Origin: an uncultured Chloroflexia bacterium
Lineage (GTDB): Bacteria; Chloroflexota; Limnocylindria; Limnocylindrales; CSP1-4
NCBI GenBank assembly: GCA_963746845.1
Contig: CAVVCZ010000004.1
Span: 576,001 to 640,000, forward strand
Direction of reading: 5' to 3'
Length of the DNA stretch: 64,000 bases
Positions 48,947-58,174 of the stretch are shown one piece after another. Each line of letters begins with the position of its first letter. The first letter of the stretch is position 1. A model generated the notes under the pieces. The model was not told where the DNA came from. It ran no database searches and worked only from the letters and a program-made list of their open reading frames with translations. The translations under genes and the position numbers were made by a program.

Positions 48947-50587
48947 ATGAGCGTCCTCTCCGACCGCGACATCCGCGCCGCTCTCGAGGCGGGCGACGTC
49001 GCGATCCGGCCGTACGACCCGACGGACCTCCAGCCGTCCTCGGTCGATCTGCACCTCGATCGTTCGTTCCGGGTCTTCCGGAACAACCGCTACCCGTACA
49101 TCGACGTCCGATCGCCGCAGCCGGACCTCACGGAGATGCTCCACGTCGCCGACGACGAGCCGTTCGTGCTCCACCCGGGCGAGTTCGTGCTCGGTCAGAC
49201 GCTCGAGTGGGTGGAGCTGCCGAACGACCTGGTAGCTCGCCTGGAAGGGAAGGCGCTTGCGCTCGACACTCCCGTGCCGACGCCGACCGGGTGGCGAACC
49301 ATGGGAGACCTGGAGCGCGGCGAGTCGGTCTTCGACGAGACGGGGGCCCCTACGACGGTGACGGCGGTAACGCCGCCGATGACGGACAGGCTGTGCCACG
49401 AGCTCACGTTCTCCGATGGAACGAAGATCGTCGCCGACGCGGATCACCAGTGGGTCACGACGAGCAAGCAAGGGCGTATCCGTGGGCGATCGCTCGTCGA
49501 GATCCGGACCACGGAGCAGATCGCAAGGACCGTGCGAGTCGGCGGGGAGCTGAACCACCACGTGCCGCTGGCCGGACCGGTGCAATACCCACATCGTTTG
49601 GACCTGCCGATTGAGCCATACACGTTTGGCGCATGGTTGGGGGACGGCACAACGACGGCAGCGGCCATTACGTCGATCGACAATGAAGTCCTGGCGCAGA
49701 TCAGTGGCGAGGGCTATCCCGTCCGCCGCCTGATGTACGCGTCAAGCCTGTACAGCATCGGGGCGACCGGCCGAACACGCGATACAGCGACAGGACGGTA
49801 TGCGCGGAACGGCTCTCTATCGAGCCAGCTGCGTAACCTGGGCCTTCGCGAGGGTAAATACGTGCCGCGGATGTACCTCGAGGCGGGTATCGAACAGCGG
49901 CTCGCTCTCCTGCAGGGCCTGATGGACACCGATGGGTACGTGGACGACGTCGCCGGACGGTGCGAGTTCACGAGCACGAATGAGCAGCTTGCCGAATCGG
50001 TCGTGGAGCTTGCCGCCAGTCTCGGCTTCCGTCCGATCAAGTCCGAGGGCCGAGCCACCCTGAACGGCGTCGACAAAGGCCCGAAGTACCGAGTCAAGTT
50101 CACCCCGGACCGCCCGGTCTTCCGTCTCACCCGCAAGCTCGCACGCCAGAAGCCTTCAACCGCCCACTTTCATCGGTTCCGGGCCATTGATGTCGTTCGC
50201 GAGGTTGCCCCCGTTCCTGTTCGCTGCATCCAGGTCGCCTCGCCGCGGGGCGTCTTTCTCGTCTCTCGCTCGTTCATCCCCACCCACAACAGCTCCCTGG
50301 GGCGGCTCGGGCTCCTCATCCACTCCACGGCTGGCTACGTCGATCCGGGCTGGAAGGGCAACCTCACGCTCGAGCTGTCGAACGTGGCGAACCTGCCGAT
50401 CGCGCTCTACTTCGGGATGAAGATCGGCCAGATCTCGTTCTTCAAGATGAGCTCGCCGGTCGAGCGCCCGTACGGCTCGCCCGAGCTCGGCTCGAAGTAC
50501 CAGGGCCAGTCCGAACCGACCGCCTCCGCGTTCCATCGCGACTTCGGAGCCGCCCAGAAGCCCGCGGAGAACGGGTCACGGGGCTGA
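48947..50587 (+). CDS. dcd: dCTP deaminase precursor with intein (200-aa extein)
   Basis: LSDRDI, QPSSVDL, LEGK|[22 protein letters not shown] and YQGQ. Confidence 0.95.
   Translation: MSVLSDRDIRAALEAGDVAIRPYDPTDLQPSSVDLHLDRSFRVFRNNRYPYIDVRSPQPDLTEMLHVADDEPFVLHPGEFVLGQTLEWVELPNDLVARLEGKALALDTPVPTPTGWRTMGDLERGESVFDETGAPTTVTAVTPPMTDRLCHELTFSDGTKIVADADHQWVTTSKQGRIRGRSLVEIRTTEQIARTVRVGGELNHHVPLAGPVQYPHRLDLPIEPYTFGAWLGDGTTTAAAITSIDNEVLAQISGEGYPVRRLMYASSLYSIGATGRTRDTATGRYARNGSLSSQLRNLGLREGKYVPRMYLEAGIEQRLALLQGLMDTDGYVDDVAGRCEFTSTNEQLAESVVELAASLGFRPIKSEGRATLNGVDKGPKYRVKFTPDRPVFRLTRKLARQKPSTAHFHRFRAIDVVREVAPVPVRCIQVASPRGVFLVSRSFIPTHNSSLGRLGLLIHSTAGYVDPGWKGNLTLELSNVANLPIALYFGMKIGQISFFKMSSPVERPYGSPELGSKYQGQSEPTASAFHRDFGAAQKPAENGSRG
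49253..50290 (+). mobile_element. Class 3 intein with LAGLIDADG homing endonuclease (346 aa)
   Basis: Ala1 [14 protein letters not shown]; block B DHQW; block F VRCIQV; block G PTHN|S; LAGLIDADG-like GAWLGDG and LQGLMDTDG. Confidence 0.93.
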
Positions 50588-51439
50588 ACGACGCCGTCGA
50601 CTGGCGGCGCGACCTCGGCGGCGGCACGACCGTCGCCCTCGTCCAGGCGGGGACGTTCCGTTCGGACGCCGGCGCGCTGTTCGGGCCCGTGCCGCGGATC
50701 CTGTGGGACCGCTGGGTCAGCCGACGAGATCGACGCGGAGAACCGCCTGCTCCAGGCGCTCAACTGCCTGCTGATCGAGACGCCGGCCGGCCGCGTCCTC
50801 GTCGAGACCGGGATCGGCGAGCGGGTCGACGACAAGACCCGCCGGATGCGTGGCTACGAGGGGCCGTGGATCGTCCCGGCGCTGCGCGACGCGGGCTTCG
50901 ACCCGGCAAGCGTCGACGTCGTCGCGATGAGCCATCTCCACTTCGACCACGCCGGCGGTCTCCTCGCGGCGGACGGCAGCCGCGCCTTCCCGCGGGCGCG
51001 GATCGTCGCCCAGCGGGCCGAATGGGACATCGCCCTCGGCGACAACCCGCGGCTCGTCGCGAGCTACGTCCAGCCCGAGCTGGAGCTGGTCCGGGACTGG
51101 GGCGCCGAGGGCTGGGCCGATGGCGAGCGCGAGATCCTGCCCGGCGTGTCGGTCGTGCCGACCGGCGGCCACTCGGCCGGGCACCAGGCGATCGTCGTCC
51201 GGGCCGCGGGCTCGCCGCCCCTCGCGTTCTTCGGCGACCTGTGCATGCGCCCGTGGAGCGCGAACCCCCGCTGGGTGACCGCGTTCGACGACTTCCCGCT
51301 CACCTCCGTCGAGGTCAAGGCGACGCTGTTCGCCCAGGCCGCCGACGAGGGCTGGACGGTCGTGCTGTCGCACGAGGTCGAGCACCCCGTCGGCCGGCTC
51401 GTGCCCGATCGGGACCGCTATCGCTGGGCGGCGGACTGA
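50584..51439 (+). pseudogene. MBL-fold hydrolase (YtnP-like), frameshifted near 50719
   Basis: FRSDAGALFGPVPR in one frame; LNCLLIET..SHLHFDHAGG..GHSAGH in the next; could be a sequencing error. Confidence 0.75.
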
Positions 51440-51691
51440 CCGAGGGACGCGTGACCGGCCGAATGACGTAGGCCGGACGTGACGGACGGCCGACACGAAA
51501 CCTGCCAAGTGGCAGGTGGCCGCGAGCGGCAAGGCCCCGGCTACGTTGATCCCAGACAGACGGACCGCCGGACAACAGAGCTGCGACCGGCGGACGCGCA
51601 GACCAGACGGCGGGATGCCGAACGGCTGCGGAGCCGGCATTGATTCCGCTTCGGCGGTCCGTCGTCACTTTCTCTTCGACCGATCCCTCGG
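51440..51691. ncRNA. Candidate structured ncRNA (6S/Ms1-like size and shape)
   Basis: Five nested long-range helices plus side hairpins in an intergenic gap between convergent genes. Confidence 0.55.
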
Positions 51692-51745
51692 CTCAGCCTC
51701 CGTGGTGGCCCGTGCCTCGCGCTCGGCCTGGGCGGCGGCCTCGCC

Positions 51746-52456
51746 TCAGGGCGAGGGCGACGGCGACGCGACGGGCGCGGTCGGCGGGATCGACGCGATC
51801 AGCGCCTCGACCTGGGCCCGTGCAGCCGCCTCGGTGAGCGGGCCGTTCACGATCGCGTGGATCGCGCCTTCGGGGCCGATGAAGAACGACGTCGGGATCC
51901 CGTTCAGGCGGTACGCGTCGTAGACGGCGCCCGTGACGTCGGCCGCGATCGTGTAGCCGAGCTGGTAGCGGGTCGCATAGCTCCGGACGTCATCGACGCT
52001 CGTCTCGCGCACGCTCACCCCGACGACCTCCAGGCCGCGATCGCGGTACGCCTCCGAGACGTCGCGCAGGACCGGAACCTCGAACTGGCAGGGCGGGCAC
52101 CAGGACGCCCAGAAGTTGAGCCAGACCGCCCGGCCACGGAGCGCCGCCAGCTGGACGGGCTTGCCGTCGAGATCAAGGAGGGGCGTGGGCTGGCCGTCCG
52201 GCCCGAGGATCGTCAGCTCCGGGGGGACATCGCCGGGCTTCAGGCCGTTCGCGACCGCCGGCCCGATCACGTACTGGGTCGGCTGGGGATTGCCCGGGAC
52301 GAGGCCCCCGGCGGTTCCGAGCGGCGTCGTGATCACCACCAGCACGATCGCGACGACGACGATGACGATCGCGCCGCCGAGCAGCTGTCGCCCGCCGAAC
52401 GGGCCGATCAGCCCGCGCCGCTCCTTGCGATGGACGAACTCCGGCCGGTCGGTCAC
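51746..52456 (-). CDS. TlpA/ResA thiol-disulfide oxidoreductase
   Basis: N-terminal TM; NFWASWCPPC; IPTSFFI. Confidence 0.92.
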   Translation of the reverse strand: MTDRPEFVHRKERRGLIGPFGGRQLLGGAIVIVVVAIVLVVITTPLGTAGGLVPGNPQPTQYVIGPAVANGLKPGDVPPELTILGPDGQPTPLLDLDGKPVQLAALRGRAVWLNFWASWCPPCQFEVPVLRDVSEAYRDRGLEVVGVSVRETSVDDVRSYATRYQLGYTIAADVTGAVYDAYRLNGIPTSFFIGPEGAIHAIVNGPLTEAAARAQVEALIASIPPTAPVASPSPSP

Positions 52457-53284
52457 TCAGACCCCGGGGAAGTTGAAGTAGCGCGGCAGGAGCGACAGCC
52501 AGTCGAACACCATCGCCAGCCCGATGGCGACGACCAGCAGCCCGCCGACCACCGACACCGCGTGCCCGTGCCGCACGAGGGGGCGCAGGACGGCAGGTGC
52601 CCGGTCGAGCAGGAGCGCGATCGCGAGGAACGGCAATCCGAGCCCGAGCGTGTACGCGACGAGCAGGATCGCGCCCTGCGCCACGGTCGTGGTGGTCGAC
52701 GCCATCGTCAGGATCGCGCCCAGGATCACGCCGATGCACGGCGTCCAGCCGATCGCGAAGATCGCGCCGAGCCCGAACGAGGCCAGCCAGCCCCCGCGCT
52801 GGCTCACGAGCCGGCCCCCGAGCCGATCACCGATCGTCGGCGCGGCGCCGGTCCCGAACGACATCGTCCCGGTCGAGGTCGCGACAGAGGCCGAGGCTCC
52901 GGCGTCGAGCGGCCGCCACGTCCGATCCAGGGCGGGCACGCGCAGGATCCCCGCGAGGTTCAGCCCGAGCAGGATCAGGATGATCCCGCCGATCTGGCGG
53001 AGGACCGGCATCCATTGGGACAGCCCGGCCGCCGCGAACGTCGCCGTCACCCCCAGGACCGTGAACACGACGCCGAACCCGGCGACGTACGCCAGGGCAT
53101 GGCGGAACGCCGTCCACCGGCTGGGCGTCGCCGGGGTGCCGTCCGGCCCCGGTCCGGAGCCGGCCACCGCCACCGCGGTCAGCTGCCCGAGGTACGCGGG
53201 CACGAGCGGCAGCACGCACGGGCTGAGGAAGCTGATCAGGCCCGCCGCGAGCGCCACGAGGATCGTGAGGTTGTCGGCGCTCAC
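52457..53284 (-). CDS. ccdA: Cytochrome c biogenesis protein CcdA
   Basis: SFLSPCVLPLVPAY and GWTPCIG. Confidence 0.92.
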   Translation of the reverse strand: MSADNLTILVALAAGLISFLSPCVLPLVPAYLGQLTAVAVAGSGPGPDGTPATPSRWTAFRHALAYVAGFGVVFTVLGVTATFAAAGLSQWMPVLRQIGGIILILLGLNLAGILRVPALDRTWRPLDAGASASVATSTGTMSFGTGAAPTIGDRLGGRLVSQRGGWLASFGLGAIFAIGWTPCIGVILGAILTMASTTTTVAQGAILLVAYTLGLGLPFLAIALLLDRAPAVLRPLVRHGHAVSVVGGLLVVAIGLAMVFDWLSLLPRYFNFPGV

Positions 53285-53568
53285 GCGAGCGTCCCGTCGA
53301 GCGTGTCGGCCAGGAACCGGCGGATGCGCGACGGCGAGGTCGCGAGCTCCAGCCGCCGGCCTCCGAGCTCCAGGACGGGGATCAGGCCGCGGAGCGTCGC
53401 CTCCAGCTCGGGGTGTACGGCGATGTCGCGCTCACGGAGCGCCGCCGTCCGCCCGCCGCGCGCGGCACGGTCCTCGAGCAGGCCCTGGACGAGAGCGCGC
53501 GTCTCGTCGCACAGCCCGCAGCCGTCGCGCGTGTACAGGATCAGCTCGGGGAGGGGAGAGCCCGTCAT
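53281..53568 (-). CDS. Glutaredoxin-like protein (DUF836)
   Basis: LYTRDGCGLCDE..IPVL. Confidence 0.85.
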   Translation of the reverse strand: MTGSPLPELILYTRDGCGLCDETRALVQGLLEDRAARGGRTAALRERDIAVHPELEATLRGLIPVLELGGRRLELATSPSRIRRFLADTLDGTLA

Positions 53569-53749
53569 TGCGCCTGCATTCTAGGGTCGATCCCCGTGTC
53601 GCTCGTCCGTCGCCGCCCGACTGTCCCGAACTCCACCGGACTGGCCCGAAATGACCATGCCATCTGGGACTGGACGCGGCGGGTTCTGCACCGGATGATG
53701 CGTCCCTTCGACGGGACCGTCCCGTCGGTCGGCGTGAGGTCAGGGGGCG

Positions 53750-55555
53750 ATGGCCGTCTCCGAGGAGGTCCTGGAACAGCGGCGGGGGATCCATATCGTG
53801 CGGCCCGGCCGCCGGTTCGTGGCGTTCCTGATCGCGGCGATGCTCGGTGCCGCGGCCGTCGTCGGTGGCTTCGTCGCCTTCCACGAGAGCCTGGCTGGTC
53901 GGATCCTGCCCGGCATCTCCGTCGCGGGTGTCGACCTCGGCGGGATGACCCGGGACGAGGCACGCGCCGCGCTCCAGACACGATACGGCCCGCTCTCGCA
54001 GGGCGGACTGATCCTCCGGACCGGACTCGGCTCGACGACGATCCCCTTCGGGGCGGTCGGTCGCGGCGCCGACATCGACGCGATGCTGGCCGATGCGACC
54101 GCCCGTGGGCGCGGCGGGACCTGGCTGGACGAGACGATCGCCGCGATCCGTCTCCGCCTCGAGCCCGACACGGTGCCGCTCGTCCTCACCTACGATCCCG
54201 CCAGGGCCGCGGCGGCCGTGAACGCGTTCGTCGACCGGATGGCGCTCCGGCCCGTGGACGCGTCCGCGATCCGGACCCCGAACGGGTTCGCCACGATCCC
54301 GTCCGTCGACGGCCGGCAGGTCGATACCGCAGCCGCGATCAGCGCCGTGGACGGCGCGATGCGTGATCCCGCGACGGTCGCCGGCGCCGCCGTGGAGGCG
54401 CCGTCGGTCCATGTCACGCCGAAGTTGACGACGGAGGCCGCCGATCAGGCCCGAACGGCGGCGCAGGCGATGGTCGGCGACCTGAAGGTTTCGGCCGGAT
54501 CGAAGACCTGGACGATCTACGGCGGCCGGATCCGGACGTGGATCGACTTCGGCTGGACGGATGGAACCTACGGTCCGGTCATCAACAAGGCACTGATCCC
54601 GAAGGCCTTCACGACGATCGGCAAGCGCGTCGCCCGCCCGGTCCATGACGCCGCCTTCCTGCGCGACCGGGGCGGGCGGATCGTCGGCGCGATGGCCGAC
54701 AGTGCCGGCCGGGAGCTCGACGTCGACGCCACCGCCGACCGGATCACGGCCGCCCTCGCGGCACGCGCCACGGGACAGACGCCCGGGACGATCAAGCTGG
54801 CGCTCGCGGCGATCCTCCCGTCGAAGACGACCGCGGACGTCGTGAAGACCGCACCGCTGATGGTCCGGCTCGGCGGGTGGTCGACGTTCTACCAGGTCGC
54901 GCCGCACAACGGGATGGGCGCGAACATCACGGTCCCGACGCGTCGGCTGAACGGAACGGTCGTCCAGCCGGGCCAGGTGTTCGACTTCTGGCAGGCCCTG
55001 GGAGAGGTCAGCTTCCGGACCGGCTATCGGCTCGGCGGCGCGATCGTCGGCGGGCATTCCGTCGAGGGCAAGGCACTCGCCGGCGGAATCTGCGCCGCGT
55101 CGACGACGCTGTTCAACGCCGCGCTCCGGGCCGGGTTCGAGATCGACGCCCGGCAGCCGCACTGGTACTACATCACGCGCTATCCGCTCGGGCTCGACGC
55201 GACGGTGTCGCAGTCACAGACGATGCGGTTCCGGAACGACACGCCGAACGCGATTCTCATCCGCGGCTTCGCGTCGCCCGGCGTCACCCGGTTCGAGATC
55301 TGGTCCGTGCCGAACGGCCGGACGGTCACGCTGAGCCGCCCGAGCGTCACGAACGTGGTGAAGGGGTTCGACACGAGCGTGAAGACCGCCGCCCTGAGGC
55401 GCGGAACGAGCGAGCGGATCGAGTGGCCGGTCGACGGCAAGGATGTCTCCGTGACCCGGACCGTGCGCGACGCGAACGGCCGGATCATCCACCAGGAGAC
55501 GTACATCTCCCACTATCACCGGATGATCGGGATCAACCGGATCGGGATCGGCTGA
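53750..55555 (+). CDS. VanW-family protein with peptidoglycan-binding repeats
   Basis: TM anchor, VAGVDLGG, GGICAASTTLFNAAL..H..Y..GLDATV and FRNDT. Confidence 0.88.
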   Translation: MAVSEEVLEQRRGIHIVRPGRRFVAFLIAAMLGAAAVVGGFVAFHESLAGRILPGISVAGVDLGGMTRDEARAALQTRYGPLSQGGLILRTGLGSTTIPFGAVGRGADIDAMLADATARGRGGTWLDETIAAIRLRLEPDTVPLVLTYDPARAAAAVNAFVDRMALRPVDASAIRTPNGFATIPSVDGRQVDTAAAISAVDGAMRDPATVAGAAVEAPSVHVTPKLTTEAADQARTAAQAMVGDLKVSAGSKTWTIYGGRIRTWIDFGWTDGTYGPVINKALIPKAFTTIGKRVARPVHDAAFLRDRGGRIVGAMADSAGRELDVDATADRITAALAARATGQTPGTIKLALAAILPSKTTADVVKTAPLMVRLGGWSTFYQVAPHNGMGANITVPTRRLNGTVVQPGQVFDFWQALGEVSFRTGYRLGGAIVGGHSVEGKALAGGICAASTTLFNAALRAGFEIDARQPHWYYITRYPLGLDATVSQSQTMRFRNDTPNAILIRGFASPGVTRFEIWSVPNGRTVTLSRPSVTNVVKGFDTSVKTAALRRGTSERIEWPVDGKDVSVTRTVRDANGRIIHQETYISHYHRMIGINRIGIG

Positions 55556-55578
55556 CATTCGTAACGGGTCGTCTCATT

Positions 55579-55707
55579 CGACAGCCACGGCTACCTGATG
55601 AAGCCACCCGCCTCCAGATGCGCTCAAACGATCGATGACGCGGGCGTTTGAGCTCAGTCGGCGCCCGGTGGGAGCATCAGCGGCGGAGAAGGCCGTCCTG
55701 GCTGTCG
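55579..55707. repeat. Long imperfect inverted repeat (REP/MITE-like)
   Basis: CGACAGCCA/TGGCTGTCG, CTGATG/CATCAG and GCTCAAACG/CGTTTGAGC nested arms. Confidence 0.6.
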
Positions 55708-55762
55708 TTTGATCCATCGAGCCGGCGGAGCACTCGCGACGCCGCGGTACGATGAAGACCGC

Positions 55763-55838
55763 GCCCCCGTAGCTCAGTGGACAGAGCGAGGCCGTCCTAA
55801 GGCCTGCGTCGGCGGTTCGAGTCCGTCCGGGGGCGCCA
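55763..55838 (+). tRNA. tRNA-Arg(CCT)
   Basis: GCCCCCG...CGGGGGC-G-CCA; anticodon arm AGGCC-GTCCTAA-GGCCT; GTTCGAGTC; TACGAT -10 upstream. Confidence 0.95.
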
Positions 55839-55886
55839 GATGCATTCCCAATGGTCGCGATGAACGGCCCTGGAGCCGGCTCAGCG

Positions 55887-55917
55887 GGAACAATCCGGCC
55901 ATACGTCGCACCCAGAC
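55887..55917 (+). promoter_or_regulatory. Putative ECF promoter, copy 1
   Basis: GGAAC-N19-CCCAGAC upstream of ECF sigma 1. Confidence 0.5.
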
Positions 55918-55959
55918 TAGGTACGCACGGTATCGGCCGTGCCCGTCGGTGGGTCGGAC

Positions 55960-56514
55960 GTGCAACGTGAGCTGGTCGTCAGGGCGCAGCACGGGGATGC
56001 CGAGGCGTTCTCGGCACTGGCCGCTGGGCTGATGACTCGCCTTTTCGCGACGGCGCGGCTGATCCTTCGCAGCGACGAATCCGCAGCCGATGCGGTCCAG
56101 GACGCGATGCTCCGGGCATGGCTCGACCTGCGCGGGCTGCGGGATCCCGATCGCTTCGAGGCGTGGCTCCACCGACTCCTGATCCGGTCCTGCTATCGCG
56201 CCGCCAAGCGCCACCGAACGCGTCAGGTCACCGAGATCCACCTCGACCCTGGACCGGAACCGGCCGTAGCCGACGTCCAGGCATCGATCGCGGTGCGCGA
56301 CCAGCTCGAGCGTGGGTTCCTTCGGCTCAATACCGACCAGCGGGCCGCCGTCGTGCTGCACCACTACCTCGACCTGTCGCTCCTTGAGACGGCGGAGATC
56401 CTGGGTGTGCCGCTCGGCACGGTCCAATCGCGCATCAACAGGGCGATGCACGTGATGCGCTCGGCCCTCGAGGCGGACGAGTTCGTCAGCACCGTCCCGG
56501 AGGTGAGCCGATGA
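55960..56514 (+). CDS. ECF sigma factor
   Basis: GDAEAF, DAVQDA, LRDPDRFEAWL and LGVPLGTVQSRINRA. Confidence 0.93.
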   Translation: MQRELVVRAQHGDAEAFSALAAGLMTRLFATARLILRSDESAADAVQDAMLRAWLDLRGLRDPDRFEAWLHRLLIRSCYRAAKRHRTRQVTEIHLDPGPEPAVADVQASIAVRDQLERGFLRLNTDQRAAVVLHHYLDLSLLETAEILGVPLGTVQSRINRAMHVMRSALEADEFVSTVPEVSR

Positions 56515-57830
56515 GCGGCCCTGCAAACCTCGACCGGCTCGTTGCCGAGTGGCTAGCGGCCGATGCGCCGACGCGCCCGCCCGAGGACCTCTACGGCAAC
56601 CTCACGGCTGCGGTCAGCCGGACGCGGCAACACCCGCGTCGGCTTGCCGGCCTCCGGGTCCGGTTCGCGGGTCGGGTCGACGGTGTTCGCGCGGTGGCCG
56701 GTCGCGGTGCGGTCATGGTCGCGGTCGTTGCCCTGCTAATGCTGGCGTTGCTCGCTCTCGGCCTGTCCATCGGCTCGCAGCGACGACTGCCACCGCCCTT
56801 CGGCCCCGCCGCCAACGGCCTGATGGCCTTCGACTCCGGGGGCGTGATCTACACGGTCGATGCGACCGGAGCGGCCACCCAGCGACTGCCGCGCGACGGC
56901 GTCGAGCGATCCGCGCCCAGCTGGTCGCCGGACGGCCAACGCCTCGCCTACTGGTCGATGTCGCCGGTCCAGGGGATGCAGCTGGGCGTGACGGCGAGCA
57001 ACGGCTCCAGCGAGGTTGACGTCCCCATCAGCGCTGAGCCGAACAACGCGATCGCGCCGGAGTGGTCGCCGGACAGCCGACTCCTCGTTTTCGCCACGTC
57101 CGAGCCGCACACCGGCCGGATCTACGTGGCGGACGTCGCGGCCAGGACCGTCCGAGAGCTGCCCGACGAAGCCCTTCGGCCAAGCCATCCGGCCTGGTCG
57201 CCGGACGGGCAGTGGATCGCCTTCCTTGGGGTGCCTGAGGGCTCGATCGACGTCGGCCTGTACGTGGTCCATCCCGACGGCAGCAGCCTCCAACGTCTGC
57301 CGACCTCGAACATCCCGACGCCGATCGACGACCTCGGCATGGCGCGCTGGTCGCCGGATCCGACGTTTTCGCAGCTGCTCTATGTCTTCAACGCGAACGG
57401 CGTCGGTGACATCGCCATCTTTGACGTCGCGAGCGGGCGCGAGGTCATCGTTTCCGAGGCTGTGGCCAACGAGTTCTGGCCGACGTGGTCGCCGGACGGG
57501 CGACGGATCGCCTGGTACGACGCGTCCGAGCCGCAGTCCGAGATCCGCGTCGCCGACGTCGGTCCGGGACCGGCCGTGACCGGAATCCGGTCGGTCCTGA
57601 TCTCGCCGATCCCAGCGGAGGGCGAAGGCTCGGCCTGTGCCGAGCGCCCCTCGATGGCGGGTCGCTTCGTCTGCCAGCCGCCTCAGTGGTCGCCAGATGC
57701 TCAGGGCATCTACGCCGCGGACACGCTGAGCACGCAGATCCTGGTGGTCAGCGCGAACGGAACCGACTCAACTCGTCGAATCCCCGTGCCGGCGACCGGG
57801 CCTGTCAGCTGGCAGCGCGTCGCTCCCTGA
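56511..57830 (+). CDS. Single-TM TolB/PD40 beta-propeller protein, putative anti-sigma
   Basis: ATGA-coupled to the sigma gene; cytoplasmic N-domain, TM, WSPD repeats, terminal SWQRVAP. Confidence 0.85.
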   Translation: MSGPANLDRLVAEWLAADAPTRPPEDLYGNLTAAVSRTRQHPRRLAGLRVRFAGRVDGVRAVAGRGAVMVAVVALLMLALLALGLSIGSQRRLPPPFGPAANGLMAFDSGGVIYTVDATGAATQRLPRDGVERSAPSWSPDGQRLAYWSMSPVQGMQLGVTASNGSSEVDVPISAEPNNAIAPEWSPDSRLLVFATSEPHTGRIYVADVAARTVRELPDEALRPSHPAWSPDGQWIAFLGVPEGSIDVGLYVVHPDGSSLQRLPTSNIPTPIDDLGMARWSPDPTFSQLLYVFNANGVGDIAIFDVASGREVIVSEAVANEFWPTWSPDGRRIAWYDASEPQSEIRVADVGPGPAVTGIRSVLISPIPAEGEGSACAERPSMAGRFVCQPPQWSPDAQGIYAADTLSTQILVVSANGTDSTRRIPVPATGPVSWQRVAP

Positions 57831-57835
57831 CGGAT

Positions 57836-57865
57836 GGAACAACACCTCCGGCGCTGTCCCCATAC
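57836..57865 (+). promoter_or_regulatory. Putative ECF promoter, copy 2
   Basis: GGAAC-N18-CCCATAC directly after the propeller gene, upstream of the dctP-like gene. Confidence 0.45.
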
Positions 57866-58174
57866 CTGATAGCGAGCCGGCGATCGAGCCTCGCGGACCG
57901 TGGGGAGGATGACATATCAAAGCGCCAGGGACGACGTGCCGACGGTGCCGACCATTCTTGGGAGTGCGACCGCAGGCGGTGTTCGCGGTCCTCTGCCGGC
58001 AGCCACGCTGACGCGTGACGGGGCTGATCGATCGGTGCACCCTCCAGCCGCCACTTGCCCGAACATCACCAGCACTTCTGTCCGCGAGCTCCGCTGCCGC
58101 CGGACGTTGGGACCGAGCGATCGCATGAGTTCGGGCGGTTCATTCTGGCGAGCATCGAGAAGGAGTTCGACGTG

